Shown piece after piece: positions 27,216 to 37,831 of a stretch of DNA of 64,000 nt (position 1 is its first letter; the number at the start of each line of letters is the position of its first letter). Made by a program: the position numbers and the translations under genes. Below the pieces are notes generated by a model. The model was not told where the DNA came from and did not search any database. It saw nothing but the letters and a program-made list of their open reading frames with translations. Source of the stretch: Nitrosarchaeum sp. (GTDB taxonomy: Archaea > Thermoproteota > Nitrososphaeria > Nitrososphaerales > Nitrosopumilaceae); the NCBI GenBank assembly GCA_035703205.1, contig DASSYQ010000057.1:25369-89368 (forward strand). The letters are read 5' to 3'.

Positions 27216-27764
27216 TTGACAAAACTAATTGTATGCTTAACTGGCATGCCTGGAGCAGGAAAATCCACAATAGCTGATGGTCTAAAATCCAAAGGTTATG
27301 ATATCATTAACATGGGAAATGCAGTAAGAACAGAAGCTAAGAATAGAAATCTTGAACCAACTGGACAAAACCTTGGTAAGATAATGCTTGAGCTACGAGA
27401 AAAAAATGGTCAAGGTGCAGTAGCAGAATTGGTAGTACCACAAATTAAAAATTCAAAATCAAACGTAATAATCATAGATGGAATAAGATCTAATGCTGAA
27501 ATAGAAGTTTTACGTAAATATGGAACAGTTAAACTCCTTGCTATACATGCATCCACTAATACAAGATTTGGATTTTTAAAACAAAGGGGAAGATCAGATG
27601 ATCCACAAACAAAAGAAAATTTTGAAGAACGAGACAACCGTGAAATAGGCGTTGGCATTAGTAATTCAATTGCTTTATCTGATGAAACAATTTCTAACAA
27701 TAACTTGACAAAAGATGAATTAATTGAATATGCATTTAAAATCATTGAAAGTTGGACAGAATGA
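27216..27764 (+). CDS. P-loop kinase-like protein (UPF0200 / dephospho-CoA kinase-like)
   Basis: P-loop LTGMPGAGKST. Its size and its pairing with the next gene are typical of archaeal UPF0200-UPF0201 pairs. TTG start. Confidence 0.6.
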   Translation: MTKLIVCLTGMPGAGKSTIADGLKSKGYDIINMGNAVRTEAKNRNLEPTGQNLGKIMLELREKNGQGAVAELVVPQIKNSKSNVIIIDGIRSNAEIEVLRKYGTVKLLAIHASTNTRFGFLKQRGRSDDPQTKENFEERDNREIGVGISNSIALSDETISNNNLTKDELIEYAFKIIESWTE

Positions 27765-28159
27765 GATCTCCTAACATCAGTTGCAAAATAGAAATACTTT
27801 CTTCAATTAACCCGTCTGAAGATCCAAAAAAGGTTGAAACAGCAATTTTAAACATATTTCCAGATGCCAAGATCAAAACCAATGATTTTTCCATTACATC
27901 AAACTCTAAAGATTTACATCTACTTGAAAGAATTTATGATGTTATTCATTCGAATCATTCTCAAAAAATCTATCAAAGACAACTTGAAAAAAATTTAGAT
28001 AATGATTCTACTTGGTTTTATCTTAACAAACAAGCTGCATTTATTGGAACAGTAGCACTATGCGAAGAAGCAGAAGAATCACCGTTAGGACCAATTAAAG
28101 TTGTCATGATTTCTTCTAACATTGATAAAATCATCGATTGGCTAATTCTTGGAACATAA
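27752..28159 (+). CDS. UPF0201-type predicted RNA-binding protein
   Basis: 135 aa, overlapping the upstream P-loop gene. The ...EDPKKVETAILNIFP... N-terminal region is typical of COG1931-like proteins (recalled, not searched). Confidence 0.5.
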   Translation: MDRMRSPNISCKIEILSSINPSEDPKKVETAILNIFPDAKIKTNDFSITSNSKDLHLLERIYDVIHSNHSQKIYQRQLEKNLDNDSTWFYLNKQAAFIGTVALCEEAEESPLGPIKVVMISSNIDKIIDWLILGT

Positions 28160-28296
28160 TCAAGTTAGATAGAAAATTCATAGATAGTTCGAGTCTCAAT
28201 CAGTAATTATAGGCATAAAAGATCATATGATAAAGACTTGATGCTACATGTTATTTTTTCTATAATTAACGAAATTTTTTAATTATTATTTGGATT

Positions 28297-29013
28297 TTAT
28301 TTAAACATTGAAACAAGTTCTGGTAATGCTATAACACTAGTATTTCTTATTGACAAATCCATATCTGATGACATCATTGTTTTTTCAGGATTTATTTCTA
28401 TTAGAATTGCATTATTTTGTTTGGCATAAATTGGTAATGTGTTTGCTGGTGATACCACTAAAGATGTACCTACAACTACCATTACATCACATCTACTTGC
28501 ATAAATTATAGCCTGCTGCCAAATATCTTGGGGAAGAGATTCTCCAAACCATACTACATCGGGTCTTAGAATATTTCCACACTTACATAAAGGTAGTATG
28601 TCTACAAATTCAGTTGAAATATCATCTTTGAAATCACAACTAGTACATTTTATTTTTATAATACTTCCATGCAGCTCTAATACTTCTGTACTTCCAGCTC
28701 TTTGATGAAGTCCATCAATATTTTGAGTTAATACAACAACTTTTACAAATTTTTCTAGTTCAGCTATCGCATTATGTCCTAAATTAGGTTCTGCAGCAAA
28801 AATATTCTTCCTTCTTTCGTTATACCATTCCCAAACTAACTTTGGATTATCATAAAATGCATTAATTGTAGCCAATTTCATTGCATCATAATTTCTCCAT
28901 AACCCATCTTTTCCTCTAAAAGTGGGAACACCGCTTTCCTGAGAAATCCCTGCTCCCGTAACAAACACCACTTTTTTAGCTGCCCTTAGCTCTTTTGTAA
29001 TTGATTCAAACAT
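28297..29013 (-). CDS. cobB: NAD-dependent protein deacylase (Sir2 family)
   Basis: GAGISQESGVPTFRG, TQNIDGLH, a zinc ribbon CTSC...CKCG, and VVGTSLVV. Confidence 0.9.
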   Translation of the reverse strand: MFESITKELRAAKKVVFVTGAGISQESGVPTFRGKDGLWRNYDAMKLATINAFYDNPKLVWEWYNERRKNIFAAEPNLGHNAIAELEKFVKVVVLTQNIDGLHQRAGSTEVLELHGSIIKIKCTSCDFKDDISTEFVDILPLCKCGNILRPDVVWFGESLPQDIWQQAIIYASRCDVMVVVGTSLVVSPANTLPIYAKQNNAILIEINPEKTMMSSDMDLSIRNTSVIALPELVSMFK

Positions 29014-29018
29014 TTTTC

Positions 29019-29918
29019 CTATTTTATCTCAATTTCTAAAAAATCTTTTGCAGTGATTACTGAATCATGAAATTGTTCTGCTTCTTCTAAATGTCTGGTT
29101 TCATCTTTATATCTAGCTGAAAAATGTGTTAGAATAAGATTTTTCACTTTTGCATTTTTACTTAATATAGCTGCCTGCTTTGCTGTTGAATGACATGTTT
29201 CTTCTGCTTTCTCCCTAGTTTCATCTAAGAATGTTGAATCAAATACAAGATAATCACATCCTTCGAAGAATTTCTCTAACTCTTTTGTCGGTATTGTATC
29301 TCCTGAAATTCCAATTTTTTTACCAGGCCTTTTTTCTCCCAACACCTGTTCTGGAGCAATAACTCTTTCTCCAATTCTAATTTCGATTCCATTTTGTAAT
29401 TGATGCCATAATTTTCCTTCAGGAATCTCTAAATCCTTAGCTTTTTCTATATTAAATCTGCCAGGCTTGTCTTTTTCTTCAAAAAGATAAGAGTATGTAA
29501 TAACTGAATGATTAGCTTTACAAGCATATATTGAATAAATTTTTGATTCAAATATTTTTCCTTCCTTAACTGTTGTAATCATAACTGGAAATGATAATCC
29601 AAAGTTTAGTATTTTGATATTAGCAGCTATGAATTCTTCTATTCCGTTAGGCCCGTAAATTTCTAGAGGTTCAGTTCTATGTTGCATTGTCATTGTCTGA
29701 AGTAGTCCTAATAATCCTATACAATGATCACCATGAAGGTGTGTAACAAAAATTTTCATTTTTTTATTCCAACCTAAACCTGATCTAAGATAAGAGATCT
29801 GTGTAGCTTCTCCTGCATCAAACATAAGAATTTCTCCATCTCTTTCCAAACAAACACAAGACAATCCTCTATTTTCAGTAGGTTGAGCAGCTGAGGTTCC
29901 CAGAAATATTAATTTCAT
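29019..29918 (-). CDS. rnz: Ribonuclease Z (tRNA 3' endonuclease)
   Basis: Metallo-beta-lactamase motif [15 protein letters not shown] and a C-terminal LTHFSARY. Confidence 0.88.
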   Translation of the reverse strand: MKLIFLGTSAAQPTENRGLSCVCLERDGEILMFDAGEATQISYLRSGLGWNKKMKIFVTHLHGDHCIGLLGLLQTMTMQHRTEPLEIYGPNGIEEFIAANIKILNFGLSFPVMITTVKEGKIFESKIYSIYACKANHSVITYSYLFEEKDKPGRFNIEKAKDLEIPEGKLWHQLQNGIEIRIGERVIAPEQVLGEKRPGKKIGISGDTIPTKELEKFFEGCDYLVFDSTFLDETREKAEETCHSTAKQAAILSKNAKVKNLILTHFSARYKDETRHLEEAEQFHDSVITAKDFLEIEIK

Positions 29919-30862
29919 TTTATTAAAATTGTCCTTGTCAAGCTTTTATGCCTATAGATCTCATATTTCTTTATTGGATTGATCTTCAATTTTTTTTCAA
30001 ATCCTTTTTTACACATAATAGCTATTTTCTTGCGTTTAGGTAAGATTGATACAAATTTTTTCATCAATTCTTCAGGATTTTCTGATGATTTTGAGGCGGT
30101 TCCATAAGGTAAATCTGTAACAATTCCATCAAATTCATCTACCATATTTGTTATTTGACTAAAATCAGCCTTAATTATTTTTGATTCGTAGCCGTTTGCG
30201 TCTACATTTTCTTTTGAAATATTACACATTTTTTCATCAAAATCTAATCCAATTGCATGAATTCCCATTGATTCAGCCTCTAATAATGTAGTCCCAGTAC
30301 CACAAAATGGATCACAAACAGTTTCTCCTTCTTTTAATCCGATTAAATTTATCATTGCCCTTGTAAGCTTCCAATCTAATTCATGTGGATATTTTTTAAT
30401 TTTCATTGGTCTATTTTGACTTTCAAATCTTTTTGAAAACCCAAAAAAATTTTCTTTCTCAGTAAAAATTAGATATATGGTAATATCCGGATTTTCAAGA
30501 GATACTTGAGCTTTAGAAAACTTAGTTATCATATCTCCCATCGCTCTTTCTAATTCAGGTACATCGAATTGATTTGATGATAAATTAATAATTCTGCATA
30601 CAAAAGTTTTAGCATTTTTTAAAACTTCAAAATTCTCCTCATCTAAAAATAATCCCGACATCTTTCGTAGAATTTGACCAGAAACCTTCACAAAAGTTGC
30701 ACGTTTTGTAATTTGCTCCCAACTAATTTTTGATTGTATAATTACTAAGTTTGATGATATTTTTATTTTTGCAAACCTGTCATATGTTTTTGCAATTGAA
30801 ATTACTTCATCAATTGCAATTTCTAAATTATCTTTAGTTAAAACAAAAAAACTTTCTGGCAT
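29915..30862 (-). CDS. THUMP-domain tRNA (guanine-N2)-methyltransferase (Trm11/Trm-G10/Trm14-like)
   Basis: An N-terminal THUMP-like region, SAM motif [14 protein letters not shown] and catalytic DLPYG. Confidence 0.75.
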   Translation of the reverse strand: MPESFFVLTKDNLEIAIDEVISIAKTYDRFAKIKISSNLVIIQSKISWEQITKRATFVKVSGQILRKMSGLFLDEENFEVLKNAKTFVCRIINLSSNQFDVPELERAMGDMITKFSKAQVSLENPDITIYLIFTEKENFFGFSKRFESQNRPMKIKKYPHELDWKLTRAMINLIGLKEGETVCDPFCGTGTTLLEAESMGIHAIGLDFDEKMCNISKENVDANGYESKIIKADFSQITNMVDEFDGIVTDLPYGTASKSSENPEELMKKFVSILPKRKKIAIMCKKGFEKKLKINPIKKYEIYRHKSLTRTILIK

Positions 30863-31740
30863 TATATTATTGCCTTCGCAATTGTATTCGAAACATCCAC
30901 TAAAGATGTTTTTCCAGGAATTGTATTTGTACTGATTATTTTACTAACTCCTGCTTTTTTAATTTTCTCTTCTGCGTCATTTCTAAGTAAAGCATGTGTA
31001 CAAGCAACAAACACTCGCTTACATTTTTGTTTCTTAAGAAATTCTGTAGCTTTGATAATACTTCCACCCGTACTAATCATATCATCAACTAAAATCAAAT
31101 CTCTGCCTATTATCTCATCAAAATTTGAAGATTTGATTTCTACTTTTCCAGTTTTACGATCACGCCGTTTTTCAAGTGAAATGTATTCTGTCTTTAAAAA
31201 TTTAGCAAATTCTTTTGCTCTCTCCTTTCCACCCTGATCCGGAGAAACAACCAAAGGATTTTTCAATTTTAGTTTTGAAAAATATTTTGCTAAATCTGGA
31301 ATGGCAGTTACATTCTTTGATTTTATATTAAAATATTTCAATCCGATCATACTGTGAATATCTACAACAATTATTCTAGATACTCCTACACTTTTGAATA
31401 ACTTAGCAATGACTTTCATTGTAATTACTTCCCCTGGTAAGAATTCTCTATCTTGACGAGCATAACCCATGTACGGTATTACAGCAATTACTTCAGTTCC
31501 AAATTCTTTTGCTTTTGAAATTATTGATAATACCCGAATAAGATTTTCATCCACTGGTGGATATGTTGACTGAATAACAACAATTTTATTTTTTTGAAGT
31601 TTTCCTTCAAGTGTAATTTTACTCTCACCATCTGGAAAAACTTTCAGTTGTGCTTTTATCAAATCTGCTCCCAGTCTTTTTGCTAATTTTTTTGCAAGAT
31701 CTTCAGATGAACTTCCAGATATGATAGTAAATTTTGTCAA
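30862..31740 (-). CDS. prs: Ribose-phosphate pyrophosphokinase
   Basis: PRPP-binding loop LVDDMISTGGS, and YARQDR-like GYARQDREF. Confidence 0.9.
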   Translation of the reverse strand: MTKFTIISGSSSEDLAKKLAKRLGADLIKAQLKVFPDGESKITLEGKLQKNKIVVIQSTYPPVDENLIRVLSIISKAKEFGTEVIAVIPYMGYARQDREFLPGEVITMKVIAKLFKSVGVSRIIVVDIHSMIGLKYFNIKSKNVTAIPDLAKYFSKLKLKNPLVVSPDQGGKERAKEFAKFLKTEYISLEKRRDRKTGKVEIKSSNFDEIIGRDLILVDDMISTGGSIIKATEFLKKQKCKRVFVACTHALLRNDAEEKIKKAGVSKIISTNTIPGKTSLVDVSNTIAKAII

Positions 31741-31888
31741 CAGTTCAACGACAAAGAAGGGGTTCTTAAATTTTGATGGTATTACAGTTCACAATTTTTG
31801 TGATCAACATTTCTGTTTTCATTAAAATAATTGCTAAAATCTGAATAATATCTTTCAAGATATTGGTAGAACCTTTTTAAAACAACTA

Positions 31889-32542
31889 TTGTTTTATTCT
31901 TTATTGAATTTTAAAAATTTACTATTGTTTTTATTAATAACTCCAGGATTGATTGGTACTGCATTTGGTCATACAATTGACTCTGTTAATGGATATAGAT
32001 TGGAGATTGGTTGGATGAATGAACCAGTTGTTTCTAAAGAAACCAATGGAATTGAATTATTTGTTAGTCCTCTTGAGCCTAATTTAGAGCTCGAAGAACA
32101 AAAATTCAAAAATGGTATTCCTGGGCTTGAAAAATCATTAAAAATACAATTATTATACAAAGAAGAAAAAATAACACTCTCTCTATCTCCAGATCATAAT
32201 GTTCCTGGGAAGTACTATGCGTTTGTTAATCCTACAATAGCAGGATTTTATCAAGCAAATGTTTTGGGAAATATTGGAGAAACACCAGTGAGTTTATCTA
32301 TGCATCCGCCAAAAGTTGATGAACGATCTTACATTGAATTTCCAGAATCATCTGACATTACACTAAATCAATTAATCGATGGACATACTTCCCTTGTTGG
32401 AGAAATAAATGATCTGAAAGAATCAGTTACTAAACTAGAAAAATTAAATCAACAAATGAATATTGGTTATATCAGCATTAGTTTAGGAATTATAGGAATT
32501 ATAATTGCATCAATTGCTCTTTCTAAAACAAAAAGAAAATAA
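31889..32542 (+). CDS. Secreted, C-terminally anchored protein; the predicted mature N-terminus is His
   Basis: The signal peptide ends ...IGTAFG|HTIDS. It is followed by a beta-rich ectodomain, a short coiled coil and a C-terminal TM helix (ISISLGIIGIIIASIAL) plus KTKRK. Confidence 0.5.
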   Translation: MFYSLLNFKNLLLFLLITPGLIGTAFGHTIDSVNGYRLEIGWMNEPVVSKETNGIELFVSPLEPNLELEEQKFKNGIPGLEKSLKIQLLYKEEKITLSLSPDHNVPGKYYAFVNPTIAGFYQANVLGNIGETPVSLSMHPPKVDERSYIEFPESSDITLNQLIDGHTSLVGEINDLKESVTKLEKLNQQMNIGYISISLGIIGIIIASIALSKTKRK

Positions 32543-32566
32543 CAATAGTATCATACAAGTTAAATT

Positions 32567-33856
32567 TTAATTTGATTTTACTTTACGTTTTTCATAAAAT
32601 AAATAAAAAACTGTACCAATACCTATTATCATTAGTCCCACAAAAACCACTTGAATTTCAAACTGAAATGCCATGTATAATGAAATTCCTAATCCGAATA
32701 TTGGTAAAATTGGAAATTTACCAATATTGATAGGAACTCTAAATTTTCGTTCAATGTTTGGTTCTGTATATCGAAGGACAATTACAGCCAAATTTATTGC
32801 TGCAAAAGTTATTACAATAGCAAAGACAGTAATATTTGCAACAATTACGATATCTCCAATTAAAGAAAAACCAATGGCAATTAACATCAGTACAATAACT
32901 GCCATCCATGGTGTTTTGGTTTTAGAATGAACTTTTGCAAGAATATCTGGAAATAATTTTTCTCTTGCCATTCCATAAATCATTCTAGAACCAGCTACAA
33001 GTGTAATCAAGACAGTGTTTGTTATAGCAAAAAGTGCAATTCCAGAAAGTATTATGTGACCCTGTGTACCCAATCCTCTTTCTGCTACATCCGCTAGTGG
33101 CGCAGCTGATAATGAAAGATCTTCCCAGTTAATTACTCTAACAACTGCTAAAGAAACCAATACATAGATTATTCCTGATATCATAACTGACAAAATTATT
33201 GCTCTTGGAATGATTTTTTTTGGATTACGTACTTCTTCTGCGACATTTGCCATATCCTCAAATCCAATAAAAGCGAAAAAAATTAACACAAATGCAATTA
33301 TAATACCCGTAAATCCAGTTGGACTTTCAAAATAATTAACTGGTTCTGGTTCACTAATGGTAAAACCAATTATGATAATCAGAATTAATCCAATAGCTTC
33401 AATTACTGTAAAAATTGTGTTTGTCCAAGATGACTCTCTAATTCCTATAAAATTTATTATTGAAAGAATTCCTATCAATACAATTGCAGATATTGTTACT
33501 GGAATATTCAAAAATTCTGAAAAATAACCACCAAATCCTAAGGCTACGGTTGATGCCGTAATCATAGATGTAATTGCAGTTAACCATCCAATAATAAAAG
33601 CAAAAAAATTATTTTTGAATGCGTTTTTTATGAATGTATATTCTGCAGCTGCTTTAGGAAATATTGACGATAATTCAGCATAACTAAATCCTGCAAATAA
33701 TGCAACAATAGATCCTAAAACAAACGCAATCCATACAGAATCTCCTGCTAATCCAGCAGCTTCACCTATCAGTACATAAATCCCGGCACCAAGAATTAGT
33801 CCTACTCCATACATAGTAAGATGGAAAAGTCCCATTCCGCGTTTTAGTTCAAACAT
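32567..33856 (-). CDS. Amino acid/polyamine permease (APC superfamily)
   Basis: 429 aa and about 12 TM helices. The N-terminal GAGIYVLIGEAA motif is typical of APC transporters. Confidence 0.8.
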   Translation of the reverse strand: MFELKRGMGLFHLTMYGVGLILGAGIYVLIGEAAGLAGDSVWIAFVLGSIVALFAGFSYAELSSIFPKAAAEYTFIKNAFKNNFFAFIIGWLTAITSMITASTVALGFGGYFSEFLNIPVTISAIVLIGILSIINFIGIRESSWTNTIFTVIEAIGLILIIIIGFTISEPEPVNYFESPTGFTGIIIAFVLIFFAFIGFEDMANVAEEVRNPKKIIPRAIILSVMISGIIYVLVSLAVVRVINWEDLSLSAAPLADVAERGLGTQGHIILSGIALFAITNTVLITLVAGSRMIYGMAREKLFPDILAKVHSKTKTPWMAVIVLMLIAIGFSLIGDIVIVANITVFAIVITFAAINLAVIVLRYTEPNIERKFRVPINIGKFPILPIFGLGISLYMAFQFEIQVVFVGLMIIGIGTVFYLFYEKRKVKSN

Positions 33857-33925
33857 TTCAACACTCCGATATTTTGGAAAGCAAGATTAATCAATTCAAT
33901 CTTTAGATATAAAATCAGTTTTGAT

Positions 33926-34792
33926 TCAATACAATTCTTTGTATTTTGACTTTAATTCTTCATGAGGTCCAACTATAGAAAAAGCCTTTACAACATCAGT
34001 TTTACTCACAATTCCAACCAAATTTCGATTTGAATCCACTACTGGAATTCCACCAACTTTATTTTTTATCATTTTACTTGCTGCTAATGCTAAATCTTCT
34101 TCCTCGTTTATTGTTAAGAATTCATCAGTTAGTAAGTCATTTACTGTAAGTTTTTCTCTATTTATTGGAAGTAAGTAATCTCTGGAACGTGTATTACCTT
34201 TAGTAAAATAATCACTATGTGTTAACAACGTATTAGTACTAATAAGACCTACTGGAAAACCATTTTCATCTGTTACAACTAACCTTGAAACATGATTTTT
34301 ATTCATTAAACTTAATGCAAATTTAAGAGAATCTGATTTTCTACATGTAACCACTTTTTTACTCATAAAATTTTTCACTAAATATTTTCCGCCAAATACA
34401 CTGGCATATGATTTTGTCAGATCTGTTCTTGAAACAATACCTACCAATTCTCCATTATCGTCAACAAGAATAACTGAACCTATTTTGAAAGTTTCCATTC
34501 TTGCAGCACATTGATCAAAATGATCTTCTGTCCCATCAGTTATTGTAATTACATTTTTTTGCATTACATGTTTAATTGGAATTTCGTCTAATGCATGTGC
34601 AGTTTTATCTTCTTCAAGAAATCTGTTGATATCTCTTTCAGTAATAATTCCCACAGGTGTATTTTTAACTGCAACTACTATGTGTTTAATAAAATTTGTT
34701 TGCATTTGTAACAATGCATCAAAAATAGATGATTCTGGTTGAATAGTAATTACAGGCGATGAATATCTTTTTTCCATATTTCTACCTCTCAT
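33926..34792 (-). CDS. CBS-domain protein (four CBS repeats)
   Basis: Repeated G-I-I/V-T/S-x-x-D motifs (GIITERDI, GIVSRTDL, GLISTNTL, GIVSKTDV). Confidence 0.8.
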   Translation of the reverse strand: MRGRNMEKRYSSPVITIQPESSIFDALLQMQTNFIKHIVVAVKNTPVGIITERDINRFLEEDKTAHALDEIPIKHVMQKNVITITDGTEDHFDQCAARMETFKIGSVILVDDNGELVGIVSRTDLTKSYASVFGGKYLVKNFMSKKVVTCRKSDSLKFALSLMNKNHVSRLVVTDENGFPVGLISTNTLLTHSDYFTKGNTRSRDYLLPINREKLTVNDLLTDEFLTINEEEDLALAASKMIKNKVGGIPVVDSNRNLVGIVSKTDVVKAFSIVGPHEELKSKYKELY

Positions 34793-34858
34793 TTTTTAAT
34801 TTAAAACAGAACATTGATTATCAAACATGATTTCAATAAAATAAAAAGAAGCTAATAC

Positions 34859-35191
34859 TTATGAGGTATTAGGAACAACTTCGATTTCTATATTGCTTCC
34901 ATTAAATGATGTAGCTATTGCTTTAATTCTACTCTTGTATAGAAAGTATTTTTTACCATCTTCACTAATGGAACCAGAAATTCCTAATAATTTGTTATCA
35001 TGTAAGGTTTGCAGTCTTCTATAAACCGTACTTATAGGAATTTTAGTTTCAGCACTTATTTCCATAGCAGATTTTGGTTTTTCCATCGAGTTTTCCAAAA
35101 TAGCTCGACAATATTTGTCTGATATGACTTCAAGAATAGCATCTTTTCTAGAGTCATCTTCAATTTTTCTTCCCGAAATTAATGCTTGCAT
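34859..35191 (-). CDS. ArsR-family winged-helix transcription regulator
   Basis: ILEVISDKYCRAIL...MEISAETKIPISTVYRRLQTLHDNKLL shows the ArsR/SmtB HTH pattern. Confidence 0.7.
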   Translation of the reverse strand: MQALISGRKIEDDSRKDAILEVISDKYCRAILENSMEKPKSAMEISAETKIPISTVYRRLQTLHDNKLLGISGSISEDGKKYFLYKSRIKAIATSFNGSNIEIEVVPNTS

Positions 35192-35355
35192 GTTATTATC
35201 ATCTCATTTTTTAATATAACAAGTAAGAACACATTGCCATGCAGTGCACCCATTACAGGCACAAATTTCATACTAGAAATACAATTGGACCTTAAATTAG
35301 CCACTTCAAACAATTTATCTTATCATTATTACAAAATAGAAGAGATAGGACCAAA

Positions 35356-36258
35356 ATGATTTCTATAATAGGTAGTGGTAGAGTTGGTACAGCGATTGCT
35401 TTTCTTTGCATATCTGATTCACTAGATGATGTTCTGTTGGTAAATCGTACAAAAAGCAAAGCAATGGGTGAGGCTTTAGATATATCCAATGCCATACCTG
35501 CAAATTCAAATGTTTCAATTCATGGTACTGATGATTTTTCCAAAATAAATGACTCTGACATTATTGTGATTACAGCCAGTACAGGAATTTATATGAAAAA
35601 TAGAACTGAAATGATAAATACTCAAGTTATAATGATTAAAGAAATTGCAAAACAAATAAAAAAACACTGTCCTTCTGCAATCATATTAATAGTGTCTAAT
35701 CCATTAGATGTTCTTACATATGTTTTTCAGAAAGAAACTCAATTCTCAAGAAATAAAGTGATAGGAATTGCATCAAGTTTGGATTCAAGTAGATTTAGAT
35801 ACTTGCTTTCAGAAAAATTTAAAGTTAAACAATCTCAAATTACTGATGCAATAGTATTAGGTGAACATGGAGATTCAATGGTTCCAATATTCTCCAGAGT
35901 AAAAATTAATGGAAAAAATATACTTGAACTAATTGACAATAAAGAAGAACAAATTATCTCAACTGAAATTCAAAACTATTGGAAATCTTTAAGACTTTTA
36001 AAAAGTAGATCACAATTTGGTATTGCTAAAAATACTTTTGATGTTATAAAATCTATTATTAAAAATGATGAATTATTCATACCGGCATCAATTGTATTAA
36101 ATGGTGAATATGGTGAAAAAGACGTTTCGATGGGAATTCCTGTAAAGATAAACAAAGATGGAATTAAAGAAATCATAGAAATAAAATTAAATGAATCTGA
36201 AAATAAATTATTAAAAATATCAGCTCAAACTATACGAGATTATATAAAATCACTTTAA
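35356..36258 (+). CDS. mdh: Malate (or lactate) dehydrogenase, LDH-like family
   Basis: ISIIGSGRVGTAIA NAD fold, SNPLDV, and the catalytic GEHGDS. Confidence 0.85.
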   Translation: MISIIGSGRVGTAIAFLCISDSLDDVLLVNRTKSKAMGEALDISNAIPANSNVSIHGTDDFSKINDSDIIVITASTGIYMKNRTEMINTQVIMIKEIAKQIKKHCPSAIILIVSNPLDVLTYVFQKETQFSRNKVIGIASSLDSSRFRYLLSEKFKVKQSQITDAIVLGEHGDSMVPIFSRVKINGKNILELIDNKEEQIISTEIQNYWKSLRLLKSRSQFGIAKNTFDVIKSIIKNDELFIPASIVLNGEYGEKDVSMGIPVKINKDGIKEIIEIKLNESENKLLKISAQTIRDYIKSL

Positions 36259-36270
36259 ATACACAATTAA

Positions 36271-36954
36271 TTATTGAACTAAAAAGTTGAGTCCATATCC
36301 TACAAAATATGCAACTAAAGCTGCAATTCCACCAATGATTAATGTGTAGAACCCTGATCTTATTTTTGATTTTCTAACTATTTTTCCTTTAATCATACCT
36401 ACAAGAAAAAATGAAGCCATTACAGATATCGTTGAATAAACAAAAGCTTCAGAATTTGCATGCGTTCCCATAAAAATAAAAATCATAAATGGAATTAATG
36501 GAATTATCCCAATCAGATTAAATCCAATAAAAGTACTGATTGCACTGTTTAACGGACCTTTTTCATCCTCAATTAATCCCAATTCTTCCTTCATCATTGT
36601 ATCTACCCAAACTTTTCGTCTTGATGTGATTATTCTGACTATTTCTTCTAATAATTCATCTTTGAATCCTTTTTTTTTGTAAATCTCTCTGATTTCATCT
36701 TTTTCTTGTTCTGCTAGATTGTCAATTTCCCATTCTTCTTGTTTTCTTTTCATTTCAATGAATTGATTTCTAGCTTTTGATGCCTGATAATTTGCTGCTG
36801 CCATTGAAAATCCATCTGCAAACAGGTTACCAAAACCAAGAATCAAAATAATTGCTGGAGACAATGAAGCACCAACAACTCCTGCAACAATTGCAAAAGT
36901 TGTAACTGCACCATCAATAGAACCGTAAACAAAATCATCAAAATGTAGCTTCAT
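36271..36954 (-). CDS. VIT1/CCC1-family iron/manganese transporter
   Basis: N-terminal DGAVTTFAIVAGV, a central acidic cytoplasmic helix bundle (EEWEIDNLAEQEKDEIREIY) and C-terminal TM helices. Confidence 0.75.
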   Translation of the reverse strand: MKLHFDDFVYGSIDGAVTTFAIVAGVVGASLSPAIILILGFGNLFADGFSMAAANYQASKARNQFIEMKRKQEEWEIDNLAEQEKDEIREIYKKKGFKDELLEEIVRIITSRRKVWVDTMMKEELGLIEDEKGPLNSAISTFIGFNLIGIIPLIPFMIFIFMGTHANSEAFVYSTISVMASFFLVGMIKGKIVRKSKIRSGFYTLIIGGIAALVAYFVGYGLNFLVQ

Positions 36955-37003
36955 GTTTACAATTTAGAGTAATTCCCTGTTTTAATATATTCTTGAAATT
37001 TTC

Positions 37004-37831
37004 TCAAACTGCAATAGCTCTTGTAATATCTGTTTTACTGATTATCCCTGCAAGAGAATTATTTCCATCAAGTACTGCCAAACCGCTAATGTTGTTTTCT
37101 AAGATTAATCTACATGCATCTTTTAAATCTTCATTGAATTTTATTGAGATAATTCCTTTACTCATAACATCCCGTGCCAATGAAATGCCTCCAAATCCTC
37201 CCTCTGAGAGAAATCCTCTCCTTATTTGTTCTGATATAGTAAAACCAGAATCATCTTCTTCACTACCTAGTTCGATAGAAATTCTAAATAAATCTCTAAA
37301 TGAAATTATGCCTATTGGATTTTCATTTTGATCCTTTACAATAATTCTGGATATGTGATTTTCCAACATCTTCCTTACAACTTTGAATAGCGGTGCAGCA
37401 GTATGAGTAAAAACACATTCATGCGTCATAAAATCAACTACTTTATTATTTCCTGAATAATTTTCTAAATAATATTTTATAAGATCTGTCTTTGTAAAAA
37501 TTCCTTTAATATTCTCATTTGTACCTATTGCTAAAGAGCTAATTCCTTTTTCAAGCATTATTTTTGCTGAATTTTTAGGCGTTAAAGTTTCTTCAATTAA
37601 CATAATCGGTTTCATTACTCTACTAATCATTATGTCGTCTAACCCTTGTTTAGTAGTTTCAGAAAAAAGAAATAATCCTATGTCTTTTTCAGTTATGATT
37701 CCCACAGGCTTACCATTTTCTATAACAATTAATCTACTAAGATTATTCTCCAATAATTTTTTAATTACATCTGATATTGTTGAATTCTTTAGAATAGAAA
37801 CTGGCTTGTTACAAATATCAATTATAGACAT
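37004..37831 (-). CDS. CBS-domain protein (four CBS repeats)
   Basis: GIITEKDI, GIFTKTDL, GIISFRDL and GIISKTDI repeats. The track ORF 36993..37331 (+) is antisense noise. Confidence 0.8.
   Translation of the reverse strand: MSIIDICNKPVSILKNSTISDVIKKLLENNLSRLIVIENGKPVGIITEKDIGLFLFSETTKQGLDDIMISRVMKPIMLIEETLTPKNSAKIMLEKGISSLAIGTNENIKGIFTKTDLIKYYLENYSGNNKVVDFMTHECVFTHTAAPLFKVVRKMLENHISRIIVKDQNENPIGIISFRDLFRISIELGSEEDDSGFTISEQIRRGFLSEGGFGGISLARDVMSKGIISIKFNEDLKDACRLILENNISGLAVLDGNNSLAGIISKTDITRAIAV

Noticed and set aside
28180-28215. GTTCGAGTCTCAATC, a T-loop-like string that suggested a second tRNA.
   Set aside because: No acceptor, D or anticodon stems can be drawn from the flanking A/T-rich sequence.
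35292-35495. 67-aa minus-strand ORF spanning the mdh start.
   Set aside because: It overlaps the conserved N-terminal Rossmann fold of mdh on the other strand and has no recognisable features.
36993-37331. 112-aa plus-strand ORF.
   Set aside because: It lies entirely antisense to a well-supported four-CBS-domain gene (37004..37831) and has low-complexity composition.
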